Shown: one piece after another, positions 7,571 to 16,997 of the stretch | Position numbering within the stretch: the stretch's first letter is position 1 | Layout of the letters: each line of letters starts with the position of its first letter | Assembly (NCBI GenBank): GCA_040755995.1 | Contig: JBFMAF010000050.1 | Coordinates: forward strand, 1-28,410 | Direction: 5' to 3' | DNA: 28,410 nucleotides | DNA from: Acidobacteriota bacterium | GTDB lineage: Bacteria > Acidobacteriota > CAIWXX01 | Made by a program: the position numbers and the translations under genes | Notes under the pieces: model-generated | Seen by the model: the letters and a program-made list of their open reading frames with translations, nothing else | Told to the model about the DNA's origin: nothing | Database searches by the model: none

Positions 7571-7990
7571 GGAGGATGGGCGCGTTCGACAGCGAAGTTG
7601 TGGGGATCGGCGAGATCTCATGCGGACCGCGAGCGACGGTCTCGCGCTCGGGATGACTGTGTGCCTCCAGCTGGTCATGGAACGTCGGGAGGGCTCCTGG
7701 GCGGAGCAGATACTGCCCTACGGACTGGCCAAGATGATGCTAATCACACCCCATGACTGGACGCTTACAGAGTCCTCGTGTGAGGTGTGGCTGCGGGCGT
7801 AGACAGGACCTGGCCCGGTGGGCGCTCGAAGCCGTCGCGTGTACGCGCCTCTGTGCGCACGGCGCCGCGCGGACCTGGCGTTTGCCTGCGCGAGCGGGCA
7901 GCTGCAATACCGCCTCGCCCACCGATGTACGACTTGAGATGCGTGCTCAGGCAATCACGGAAGTTCGCCGAGGCCGAGGTGCTGCTTGTG
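7571..7990 (+). pseudogene. Possible heavily decayed Ser/Thr kinase-TPR gene relic
   Basis: Motif-like fragments in canonical order: RRMGA (GxGGMG-like, ~7571), LVMERREG (7671), QILPYGLAK (7707, cf. KILDFGLAK), TLT, then MYDLRCVL...KFAEAEVLL (7925, TPR-like). No intact ORF. Confidence 0.3.
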
Positions 7991-8309
7991 AGCCTCGTAC
8001 GACACGCTCGCTTCTCGATCGCCAAGCCTCTTTGTAATCACCTCATGAGTTGGACTGAACAGAGGCCACTGCCGTTGGGACCCATCAACCCGACTCGGTC
8101 TCGTCGAGCCTTGACCCAGTCATCCTCCGGTTCGATTGTGGTCTGTGCTGGCGAATCACCGGGATGCGGCGCCGATATCTCCGGAGGTGGTGCACACTGA
8201 AGGCAAGCCGGGTCGAGATGCGACATCCTCCGATAGATCCCCGGCTGGCCGTGTTTGCTCGAGAGGGAGACGCGCTACCAACGAGTCGTCGATGCTTGGG
8301 ACCGGGCCT

Positions 8310-11300
8310 TCATAGGCGGGGTTGGGCCGAGCCTGCGGGCCTGCGGCCCTGAATGAGATCCTGGGCGAGCTGGTACAGGTCGATCAGCCGGCCCGGGGGC
8401 GACAGAATCGCATCGCCGTCTGCGGCGATCATCCTCGGGGTGCTTGAGACGATGCGTCGAACGCGCTCGCGTGTCCATTCCTCGCTGGCCGGGTGGTGAA
8501 GAGCCATTGAGAGGAGCTCCGCAGCCCCGGCGCTATCTCCCTGTTTGGAGGAGAGGACGCCCCAGCTCACCAGGACCTCGAGCATCATCGGCTCGGCAGC
8601 GATTGAAAGCGACGTCTCGAGCGCCTCCCGCAGTGATCGGGCCGCCGATTCGTGGTCACCGCGCTCGCATGCGAGATTGCCCAGATTGTCCAGAGTGACG
8701 GCCACGCCGAGACGGTATCCCATGCCTCGCTTGATCGACAGACTCTCCAGATAGTGATGCTCGGCTTCGTCATACTCACCGAGGCGATGGGCGGCAAGTC
8801 CGAGGTTGTTGAGCGAGATGGCGATGCCTCGCCGGTCCCCGACTTTCCTGCGGAGATCGAGGCCGTCCTGGTAGAAGCGGCGGGCTCCTTTGTAGTCACC
8901 ACAATCGTGGGCTATCGAGCCCAGGCTGTTGAGCGAAGCGGCGGCTCCGACCAGGTCACACTGCTCCTTCTTGATCGACAGACTTTCGCGGAACAGCCTC
9001 CGTGCTTCGTCATGTTCACCGAGATCGAGAGCCACATGGCCAAGGCCGTCAAGCATCCATGCGGCGCCTCGCCGATCACCGATCTCGTTGGCGATTTCGA
9101 GACCTTCCTCCAACAGCGGCCTTGCATCGAGGTACTTCCCCCGCGCACAGAGCGCGTCACCCATGTGAAGGAGCGCAGTCACGCGCCCGGATCGACCGGC
9201 CGCGCCGGCAAGACGAGAAAGGGCGGCGCCAAGCACGCTTTCGGCTTCGGAATAGAGGCCCAGTCGGCACAGGAATCCCCCGCGTGCCGCGAGGAGCCTG
9301 CCGATGAGCACCGAGCCGCGCGCGGTTTCAGCGAGCTCACTGTCTGCCAGGGCCCGCAGCGCGCGCCCTACCAAAGACTCGCCCTCCTGAAATCGACCCC
9401 GCACGTCGTGATAGGTGACGAGAGCGTCGAGAGCATCATCGAACAGAGATGCATCCGCGAACTGGCACGCCCACTCCCACGAGACGCGGGCGTTTTCGAG
9501 ATCTTCATCGATCTCGGCCAGCGCGCGCATCTGGGCATCCCCTGTCATGGAGCTCTCTCTGTAGCGAAGAAACGCCCGATAGAACTGCGCATGCTGTCGC
9601 CGGACCCGATGGGATTTCTCTTCATCGCGATCGAGCTCCGCAGCGGCGTAGTCCCTCAGAACGACGTGCTGATGATAACGGCCGGCGGAGTCATGCCGGA
9701 GCAGGGATTTGTCGACCAGAGACGCGAGAGTGCTCGGTGAGGTCCCCGCTACGGCGCGGGCTGCGTCGAGCCGGAAGCCATCCCGAAAGACGGAGAGGGA
9801 AGCGAAGGCGTCGCGTTCATGAGCCTGAGACTGATTCCAGGCGTACTCGAATATCGCGCGCAGGCTGCGCTGTCGGGGATGCGTATCGGCATGGGAGGAT
9901 TCGAGGAAATCGAGGCTGTTCTCGACCTCCTCCGCAATCGTCGCCACGGGCAGAGCGCGCACCCAGGCCGCCGCCATCTCGATGGCGAGCGGCATCCCGC
10001 CGAGCAGTCGGCAGATGCGGACGACGTGCGGCAGCTCCTCTCGGTTCAGTGAGAATCCAAGCCGGGATCGACGAGCAGCCTGCTCGAAGAGCCGTACGGA
10101 ATCAGTCTGTGCAGCCGCTTCTCCTGCGGACGCTTCCGGGACCGTGAGTCCACCCACCTCCAACACCCACTCACCTCTCAATCGAACCCGCTCTCTCGAG
10201 GTGACGAGGAGCTTTGAACACGGCGACACTGCCAGGATATCCGCCAGAAGGTCGCGGCCTTCCAAGAGATGCTCGAAGTTGTCCAGTACCAGAAGCAGGC
10301 TTTTTTCGCGGAAGAAATCGAGGAGATGAGCTCGCGATGAACCCTGATCGAACGGTGCGAGACGCACGGCATCAGCGAGCGCCGCCACGAGATCCTGGTG
10401 AGACGCCAGCCCCTCCAGCGGTACGCAGAAGACTTGGTCGGGGAACCCGGCAGCTTCGCCAGGCGCCGCCTGCCGCGCAGCAGCTTCCAGGGCCAACCTG
10501 GTCTTGCCGATTCCCCCCGGTCCAACCAGCGTCAGGAGACGGCAGGCCGGATCGGCGAGAAGCCGGCTGATCTCCGCAAGCTCGGTTTCTCGCCCGATGA
10601 AAGGCGTTGGAGTGACCGGAAGGCGCGGCAGGGATGGGCCGGCGGGGACCGGCGAGGGCGGGGCCCAGCCGTCCTGCACTCGTTCATCGACCGTACCCGT
10701 CCGAATCCGTTCGAATAATTCCGTCGTCTCCTTCGACGGTGACGTCCGCAACTCCTCGGCGAGACTGCGCCTGCATGTTTCATAGTGACTGAGCGCCGCT
10801 CCACGTTGGCCGGTCAGCACAAGCATTTCCATCAGAGTGCGGTGGGCACTCTCATTCCACGGATTGATGGCGAGGAGCCTGCGCGCGCAGAGAAGGGCGA
10901 TGTCACTGGCGCCTCTCTGACGGTGGAGCACGGTGAGGCTCGCCAACGCGGTCTCGGCGAGATGGCGGAACCGTTCTCGCTCGATCGATAGCCAGTCCTC
11001 AAACTCCGGCGCATCCTCGATGAACAGACCGTCGAGCAGATCGCCGCGGTAAAGGTCGATCGCCGCTGTCAACGCCTCTATCCGGCCGGCCGCCCCGGAT
11101 TCGTCCACCGCCGCTTCAACCTGCATGCACATCTGGAGCTCCTCGGCGTCAATCCAGAAGCGCGGCTGACGGACGAGCTCCACCGCCAGCCGCGTCGCCG
11201 TGAAGGGGAGAGATCCTTCGGGGGAAGCGAGCCGACGTCGCAGGTTCCAGAGCGCTCGCCGAAGGTTCCGTGCACCGCGGTCCTCAGGCAGACCTCCCCA

Positions 11301-11474
11301 GAATAGCCCTATCAGTTTCAGGCGCGGATGAGGACCGCGGCGAAGCGCGAGGTAGGCCAGGAGGGACTCCGTCTTGAGAGTCTCCAGGCGTACCCTCGCC
11401 CCATTCCGCTCGAGTTCGAAACCGCCGAGAAGCCGGAGGCGCAATCTGTCATCCGTCGTCATCTGCGGCCCCAT
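8310..11474 (-). CDS. AfsR/SARP-family regulator: wHTH + BTAD + STAND (NB-ARC-like) NTPase + TPR repeats
   Basis: LRLRLLGGFEL and LLAYLAL (wHTH); LYRGDLLDG and PWNESAHRTLM (BTAD). FIGRETEL, Walker A GPGGIGKT, Walker B LLVLDNFEH, LVTSRE, ICRLLGGMPLAIE; C-terminal TPRs. Start at 11474 or 11462. Confidence 0.92.
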   Translation of the reverse strand: MGPQMTTDDRLRLRLLGGFELERNGARVRLETLKTESLLAYLALRRGPHPRLKLIGLFWGGLPEDRGARNLRRALWNLRRRLASPEGSLPFTATRLAVELVRQPRFWIDAEELQMCMQVEAAVDESGAAGRIEALTAAIDLYRGDLLDGLFIEDAPEFEDWLSIERERFRHLAETALASLTVLHRQRGASDIALLCARRLLAINPWNESAHRTLMEMLVLTGQRGAALSHYETCRRSLAEELRTSPSKETTELFERIRTGTVDERVQDGWAPPSPVPAGPSLPRLPVTPTPFIGRETELAEISRLLADPACRLLTLVGPGGIGKTRLALEAAARQAAPGEAAGFPDQVFCVPLEGLASHQDLVAALADAVRLAPFDQGSSRAHLLDFFREKSLLLVLDNFEHLLEGRDLLADILAVSPCSKLLVTSRERVRLRGEWVLEVGGLTVPEASAGEAAAQTDSVRLFEQAARRSRLGFSLNREELPHVVRICRLLGGMPLAIEMAAAWVRALPVATIAEEVENSLDFLESSHADTHPRQRSLRAIFEYAWNQSQAHERDAFASLSVFRDGFRLDAARAVAGTSPSTLASLVDKSLLRHDSAGRYHQHVVLRDYAAAELDRDEEKSHRVRRQHAQFYRAFLRYRESSMTGDAQMRALAEIDEDLENARVSWEWACQFADASLFDDALDALVTYHDVRGRFQEGESLVGRALRALADSELAETARGSVLIGRLLAARGGFLCRLGLYSEAESVLGAALSRLAGAAGRSGRVTALLHMGDALCARGKYLDARPLLEEGLEIANEIGDRRGAAWMLDGLGHVALDLGEHDEARRLFRESLSIKKEQCDLVGAAASLNSLGSIAHDCGDYKGARRFYQDGLDLRRKVGDRRGIAISLNNLGLAAHRLGEYDEAEHHYLESLSIKRGMGYRLGVAVTLDNLGNLACERGDHESAARSLREALETSLSIAAEPMMLEVLVSWGVLSSKQGDSAGAAELLSMALHHPASEEWTRERVRRIVSSTPRMIAADGDAILSPPGRLIDLYQLAQDLIQGRRPAGSAQPRL

Positions 11475-11518
11475 CTGCCAAACGGGACAGGCTCTCTCTC
11501 CGCTGGGCGACTGCCCCC

Positions 11519-11560
11519 CAACGATCGTTCAACGGTGTTTCAACGGACGAGTCTTATCAT
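11519..11560 (+). promoter_or_regulatory. SARP/AfsR-type direct-repeat operator plus -10 element for the LysM gene
   Basis: CAACG recurs at 11519, 11530 and 11541 (11-bp period). The 9-mers CGTTCAACG (11526) and GTTTCAACG (11537) are followed after 9 nt by TATCAT (11555-11560); no good -35. Confidence 0.6.
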
Positions 11561-11648
11561 ATCACGGAGAGGCATGAGGGGATGGGGACAAAACCGCCCC
11601 CGACGGATTCGGTGAACAACTCGACGGGAGATTCTTAGGAGGGACCCT

Positions 11649-13400
11649 ATGAGCGGAAGAGTCGAGCGGGCTGGGCCGGCGAGTCCTCCACCGGAGGCAC
11701 CGGCGGCGAATGCGGTCGTGGCCAGGCAGGGCGAGACGGCTGGCGATGTAGCCGTGAGGCATGGTGTTGAGGTTGGCGAGCTGTTGAAAGCAAATCCGCA
11801 GGTCAGCGGGACAGGTGCACTCAAGGGCGGCACGGAATTGCGGTTGCCCGCCCACAGAGCACAGGCAAGAACGGTGCATCTCGCTCTAGGGCGCTCCGAT
11901 GCCTACGAGCCGGCGCACCGGCCGACGATCTTCGATCACAAGCTGCTGGGCGCCGCCGGAGCGGCTCGTGACAACGGTTTCGCGGTCAGGCAAGCCCGGG
12001 GATCAATCGCCCAACACAGTGCCGGTTCCAGGACCGGGGAGCTTCTGTTCCGCGAGGTGCCGCCCGCCGCAAGCGGCGGAGCAACGGGGCGCGAAGATGT
12101 TGCGCGGCCGTCAGGGCAGGATAGCCGCGACCTTGTGGAAAGGCTCAGAGACGGCAGCTGGGACGTGCTCAATGTCAATGACGCCATACAGCGGCTGGAC
12201 AGCAACGGCGACACAATCACGATCGGGTTCGGTGTGAACGCATCTGTCCAGGGCGGCAAGGGCGAGGTGAGCGGACAGATCGAGATCACTCGCAGCGAAG
12301 AGCCGGGGCAGAAGCCTCAATACACCGTCGCGCTCAGCGGAGACCTCGCCGGGGGGCTCGCCGCCGAGATCGGGCAGAAGCTCGGTCTGCAGAGCGATGT
12401 TCAAGGGGAGTTCCTGTTGGGGGCCGGCGGGACGATTGAATTTTCGTTCGACACGCCGGAGGAAGCCGCCAAGGCCGCTGAGATCCTTCAGCACCAGGCG
12501 CTCTCGGCCGGCGGCGTCAACGGCGCGCCCGTGCTCGACAACCTCGACTTCTTCCAACAGCATGTCTCCGCGCTGGAATTCAAGGGGGAGGCCGCGGCTC
12601 AGATCGCAACGAGTTTCGGCATTCTGAAGGCCGGCAAGAACCTCGAGCTGGGTGGAGTTGGGGGAAGCGTCAGCGGCACGCACGAGCTTTCCGTGCGCGT
12701 CGAGCTGCCGAAGACGGACCTGAAAGACGCCACGTACATCCCGCTCAACGTGACGATCACGGACGAAATAGCCATTGGAGTCTCAGGCGATGCCGGCCTC
12801 GGCTTCTCTTACGAGGGGACCGCTGCCGACGGTTCCAAGAGGGAGGCGGAGGGAGGCGGAGTCGGTGTCGCCGGCAACGTGGAAGCGAAACTCACCAACA
12901 CGTGGAGTCTCGAAGTGCAAATCGCCAAGCCCACCCAGGCGGCCGATCCGACCAGCGTTGCCTGCGGCATGCTGATGGGCGGTGACATGCAGTCCTTGAC
13001 GTCGACGAAGCTCGGGGAGATCACCGAGTCGCACACCCTGTCGGTGAAAGGCGATTGGGGAGCGCCCAGTGCCGGAGGCGGTGTCGAAGTGCAGATCAAG
13101 ATCGACGGCGCATTCGACGAAGCGACTCGCACGGAAGGGTTCGCCAAGCTCGCCAAGGGCGATATCGAGGGGTATCTACAGACGCTGGGTGACAACGTGG
13201 CGGTGGAATGGCAAGCGGAGACGTACCAGGCAAGCGGCATCGATATCAGCCCCGAGGCCAAGGTCATGGGGTACGGCGCCGGAATCGAGTTTCAATACAT
13301 GCGAGAGGATCACGGGAGCCCCTCAGGAGGCAGGACGACGGCGACTCAGGCGTACGATGAGATCATGCGTTTCTTCGCATCCGAATCGGGTCGGAGGTAG
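11649..13400 (+). CDS. LysM-domain protein with a large Gly-rich, beta-strand-rich region of unknown function
   Basis: AGGAGG RBS. VVARQGETAGDVAVRHGVEVGELLKANPQV...LKGGTELRLP is a LysM motif. 583 aa, no obvious Sec signal. Confidence 0.8.
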   Translation: MSGRVERAGPASPPPEAPAANAVVARQGETAGDVAVRHGVEVGELLKANPQVSGTGALKGGTELRLPAHRAQARTVHLALGRSDAYEPAHRPTIFDHKLLGAAGAARDNGFAVRQARGSIAQHSAGSRTGELLFREVPPAASGGATGREDVARPSGQDSRDLVERLRDGSWDVLNVNDAIQRLDSNGDTITIGFGVNASVQGGKGEVSGQIEITRSEEPGQKPQYTVALSGDLAGGLAAEIGQKLGLQSDVQGEFLLGAGGTIEFSFDTPEEAAKAAEILQHQALSAGGVNGAPVLDNLDFFQQHVSALEFKGEAAAQIATSFGILKAGKNLELGGVGGSVSGTHELSVRVELPKTDLKDATYIPLNVTITDEIAIGVSGDAGLGFSYEGTAADGSKREAEGGGVGVAGNVEAKLTNTWSLEVQIAKPTQAADPTSVACGMLMGGDMQSLTSTKLGEITESHTLSVKGDWGAPSAGGGVEVQIKIDGAFDEATRTEGFAKLAKGDIEGYLQTLGDNVAVEWQAETYQASGIDISPEAKVMGYGAGIEFQYMREDHGSPSGGRTTATQAYDEIMRFFASESGRR

Positions 13401-13612
13401 CGCCTGTCCGGCGGTTCATGCTTTTCATCGCTCGACGGCAGCGCGAATAGCTCGATTAGAAACCCGGCGGGCGCCTCACGCACGGCCGAAATGCAACGTG
13501 GATGGCCATTTCTATTTAAGACGTCGATTCCGTCAGTACAGGGACACGCACAGACCACTGCCAAAGCGGGCCATCCCCGGCTCCCGCGTGTTCCAGAAAG
13601 TGAAACAGCCCC

Positions 13613-14089
13613 CTACTTGAAGATCGGCGTGCCGACCACCAGAAGCCTGTCGTTGAGCGTGACCTCGTGAATGAAGCTGTGACAAGGCACGGCCTCGGTC
13701 TCACCTGGCTTCGGCCACAGGCAGTCGTACCAGCCCGAGCCCTTGGCCTTGACCAGGGCGACCTCCTCACGCACCACGTAGCGCCCGGTAGGATCCTGAT
13801 GATCCCAGAGGTTCTTCCCCTCGAGGTCGGTCGATGCACCGTTAACAAGTTCCAATCCCTTGTCGTCGGCGACGAAAATGAAGTGCCCTTCAGAGAGCCA
13901 CTTACTTCCCTTCACGCGAAACTCCGGAAAGGCGGCTTCGCCCTTCGCTTTGATCAGCTCGACGGCTTCGCGGACCAGCGCTTCGGCTTTCTGCTCCTCC
14001 GGAGTCAGCGCCGGCTCGGCGCCGCGGGCCATCATGACCGTGCCGATCGCAAACACTACCACGCAAGCGGTAACGACTCTAGGGTTCAT
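13613..14089 (-). CDS. Stand-alone secreted/periplasmic Cache-domain protein
   Basis: AAGGAG RBS before ATG 14089 and signal peptide. KAEALVREAVELIKAKGEAAFPEF, FIFVADDKG, LEGKNLWDHQDPTGRYVVRE, GSGWYDCLWPKPG match a single Cache domain. Confidence 0.85.
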   Translation of the reverse strand: MNPRVVTACVVVFAIGTVMMARGAEPALTPEEQKAEALVREAVELIKAKGEAAFPEFRVKGSKWLSEGHFIFVADDKGLELVNGASTDLEGKNLWDHQDPTGRYVVREEVALVKAKGSGWYDCLWPKPGETEAVPCHSFIHEVTLNDRLLVVGTPIFK

Positions 14090-14134
14090 CAGACTCTCCT
14101 TCCTGTCGCGCGCAAGAGATCTCACAGACCATGA

Positions 14135-14163
14135 ATGGTAGCAAAGCAACCCGGGCAAATCAA
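14135..14163 (-). promoter_or_regulatory. Sigma70-type promoter candidate for the Cache gene
   Basis: Minus strand TTGATT-17 nt-TACCAT with TG extended -10. Confidence 0.4.
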
Positions 14164-14194
14164 AACATGGTCGACGGGGGGCGGGAAGGCCAGG

Positions 14195-16096
14195 CTACCC
14201 CGTTCTCAACCCGAGGCTGTTGAGGAGGCGATGGAGGTAGTTGGAGTTGAGGCCCAGCAGCCTGGCGGCCTCTGTAACTATGCCCCCAGACTGCTCGAGA
14301 GCCCGGGCGATGATCTCTCTTTTCGCAGCGGTAACTGCTTCATGGAAGTTCGTGCGCGACGCCCCCCCTGCACCCGGCCTGGCCTCCACCACCGCCTCGG
14401 GCAGATCCTCGACGCGGATCATCTCGTCGAGCCCCATGACGACCGCGCGCTCGATCGCGTTCTGCAGCTCCCGGACGTTCCCGGGCCAGTCGTATGCATG
14501 GAGACACTCTTCCGCTTCGGGTGACAGCCCCGCAACGCGCCGCTTGAACCTGGCTGAGTAGAGCGCACAGAAGTGATCGGACAGCAGCAGAATATCGTCA
14601 CGTCGCATGCGAATTGGAGGCATGGTGAAGCTCACGACGTTCAGGCGGTAGTAAAGGTCCTGCCGGAATCTACCCTCCCGGATCTGTGCCTCCAGGTCTC
14701 GATTGGTCGCAGCGATCAGGCGGATGTCGACACGCACTGGGCGTGTGCCTCCCACGCGTTCGAACTCGCGCTCCTGCAGCACCCTCAGCAGCTTCACCTG
14801 GATCGACGGGGGCATCTCCCCGATCTCATCCAGAAAGAGCGTCCCCTCGTTGGCCACCTCGAACTTGCCTATCTTCCGCGCGATGGCCCCGGTGAATGCG
14901 CCTTTCTCATGCCCGAACAGCTCGCTTTCGAGCAGCGATTCGGTCAGAGCGGCGCAGTTGACGGCCACGAACGGCTTCTCCGCCCGGGGGCTGTTTTGGT
15001 GGATTGCTCGCGCCGCCAGCTCCTTGCCGGTCCCGCTCTCGCCTCTGATCAGAACCGTCGAGTCGGTCGCTGAAACTCGCGCTATGACGCTGTACACCTC
15101 GCGCATCGGCGCGCTGTCTCCCACCATGTTGTGCTCGATCGTCGTCTCGGCCACGAGCCTGCGGTTCTCGCTCTGGAGGCGATCGATCTGGCGGGCGCTT
15201 TCCAGCGGCCCCGAGACCATTGCGCCGATGGCGGTGAGCAGGTGCAGATGCCTCTGATCCAAGCTCCTCTCGGAGTCTGCCGTGTCGAGGTAGATCACGC
15301 CGCTGGCCCGTCCGAGCACTGTCAGCGGCACGCACAGCAGGGAACGAATTCGCCGGCTGGCCAGGCTGCGCGCCTTGCTCAGCTTCTCATCGGCAAGCAC
15401 ATTGGTGCTCCACACCGCCACCTTCTCGCGGAGAACTTCCTCCGCGACCGTCCTGCTGATCTCCACCGGCTGCCCGCCGGCCTCGCCCTTAGGGAAGGTA
15501 GGATCGAATTCGTCTGTGCCCGGCCTGGTCAGGAGAATGCCGCCGCGTTCGGCCGGCACAGCCTCGAAGATCAGCTCCAGCAGCCGATCTGCCAGCGCCT
15601 CGATCCCAGGCGAGGAGCTGACGGCCGCGCCGATCCGCAACAGTGCATTGAGGTCGCGGCTCGCGCGTTCGCTGGAGCGCAGTGAATCGAGCAGCTTCTC
15701 CGGCTGCAGGTAGAGGGCGTCGGACGGATCCAGGCGCACGGTGCTCTCGGCCGTCAGCGATCCGTCGCGCAGATCCACCCCCGAAGAGGATGCCTCGGGT
15801 GGTTCGTCTTCCAGAAGGAGTACCAGCGTCGAACGACCGACCTGGATTCGGTCGCCGTGGGCGAGGATGCAGCTCTTTACAGCGCTCCCATTGACCCTCG
15901 TGCCGTGCATGCTATCGAGGTCGGTCAGCCTGAACTGGCCAGCCTCGGCGCGAATGACGCAATGCCGGCGTGAGGCGGCCGCATCCGGGAGCACGATGGC
16001 GCTCGTCTGGCTCCGGCCCATGCCGGTCTCATCCGGCCCCAGCTCGAACACCCTGCCGGCAGCAGGTCCCTCGACGGCGACGAGGCGAGGCTGCAT
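14195..16096 (-). CDS. Sigma54-dependent enhancer-binding protein, FHA-GAF-AAA+-HTH
   Basis: Start [10 protein letters not shown] (ATG 16096). FHA: GRS...SRRHC...[22 protein letters not shown]...GVIYLD. AAA+: [48 protein letters not shown]. Fis-type HTH at the C-terminus. Confidence 0.93.
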   Translation of the reverse strand: MQPRLVAVEGPAAGRVFELGPDETGMGRSQTSAIVLPDAAASRRHCVIRAEAGQFRLTDLDSMHGTRVNGSAVKSCILAHGDRIQVGRSTLVLLLEDEPPEASSSGVDLRDGSLTAESTVRLDPSDALYLQPEKLLDSLRSSERASRDLNALLRIGAAVSSSPGIEALADRLLELIFEAVPAERGGILLTRPGTDEFDPTFPKGEAGGQPVEISRTVAEEVLREKVAVWSTNVLADEKLSKARSLASRRIRSLLCVPLTVLGRASGVIYLDTADSERSLDQRHLHLLTAIGAMVSGPLESARQIDRLQSENRRLVAETTIEHNMVGDSAPMREVYSVIARVSATDSTVLIRGESGTGKELAARAIHQNSPRAEKPFVAVNCAALTESLLESELFGHEKGAFTGAIARKIGKFEVANEGTLFLDEIGEMPPSIQVKLLRVLQEREFERVGGTRPVRVDIRLIAATNRDLEAQIREGRFRQDLYYRLNVVSFTMPPIRMRRDDILLLSDHFCALYSARFKRRVAGLSPEAEECLHAYDWPGNVRELQNAIERAVVMGLDEMIRVEDLPEAVVEARPGAGGASRTNFHEAVTAAKREIIARALEQSGGIVTEAARLLGLNSNYLHRLLNSLGLRTG

Positions 16097-16215
16097 GGGA
16101 CAATTCACTCCAGATGCTCGCAAGTATACGCCGCCCGACTCAGTCACGCAACGCGCTGCTGTGATCCGTGGCTCCGGGGCGAAGGAACCGGCGAGCACAG
16201 AAGATGTGCGCCTGG

Positions 16216-16713
16216 TCAGAATCGGAATCCGGCCGAGAGCAAGTAGCCATTTCCACAGCCGCTTTGGAGGCACCGCATTAGCTCGAGCTCGACCTGGCAC
16301 TTCCGCTTCCCTTTGCCGAAGAGCGCTCCACCCGTGATGTGCATCACCGGCAGGCTCGATCCTTCGCCGTCCAAGCAGATGATCCCGCCGAGACCCGCTC
16401 CGACGTACGGAGCGATCCCCGATTTCGCGGGAGCAATCACCTTCACGTTGGCGTAGAGGCCGAGGTCGAAGTACACCCCCTCGTCGACTGATATGAATCC
16501 CTGCGCCTCGCCTCCGACCCTCAGCAGCTTCGCGATCGTCGTATCTGCGCCCCCGCCGACGAACACCCCCGGATAGAAATAGGGAATCGCCGTGCCGAAC
16601 TTGACAAACCCCTCGGCGGCATTGCTCGTCCCCGAACCGAGCAGCAGCCACGAGCAGACGCACCCAAGCATCGCCAGGCAGGCTGCGATTCCATGTTGCT
16701 TCTTCGCCTTCAT
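16216..16713 (-). CDS. Small outer-membrane beta-barrel protein (OmpA/OmpW-like, about 8 strands)
   Basis: GGAGG RBS, signal peptide (SNA-A), alternating beta-strands, PYVGAGLG motif, C-terminal SAGFRF (terminal Phe BAM signal). Confidence 0.75.
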   Translation of the reverse strand: MKAKKQHGIAACLAMLGCVCSWLLLGSGTSNAAEGFVKFGTAIPYFYPGVFVGGGADTTIAKLLRVGGEAQGFISVDEGVYFDLGLYANVKVIAPAKSGIAPYVGAGLGGIICLDGEGSSLPVMHITGGALFGKGKRKCQVELELMRCLQSGCGNGYLLSAGFRF

Positions 16714-16767
16714 CTTGTTCCCCCTCCGTTTGCGCGATCATCATTGATCGCTCACACCCAGCCGTAC

Positions 16768-16783
16768 TGCGGCCTTCGTGCCA
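16768..16783 (-). promoter_or_regulatory. Sigma54 (-24/-12) promoter candidate upstream of the beta-barrel/EBP genes
   Basis: Minus strand TGGCACGAAGGCCGCA = TGGCACG with GG-N10-GC; about 55 nt upstream of ATG 16713. Confidence 0.55.
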
Positions 16784-16997
16784 CCTGACCGGCGGCCCGG
16801 CCTGCAAGACACTGAACCGGCATATCTGCCTGATCATTCGGGACTTCACGGGCGAGCGCCGCCTGACACCTGGAATTCTGACTGGCTTCGTGACCCCTGG
16901 ATCGGATAGTCGGGCACTCCTTTCGGAGAGTCCCGCCCGCCTCACTCCTCGCGATGGCATCCGTTGTGCTATGTTATCGCGGGGATGGGTCACAAGG

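Noticed and set aside
13401..13612. Minus-strand fragment VREAPAGFLIELF resembling a VOC/glyoxalase C-terminus
   Set aside because: A single short degenerate motif with no RBS-supported ORF; likely chance.
16097..16993. 300-aa N-terminal extension of the sigma54 activator (track ORF 14195..16993)
   Set aside because: Arg-rich, non-protein-like translation that overlaps the beta-barrel gene; the FHA domain starts right after ATG 16096.
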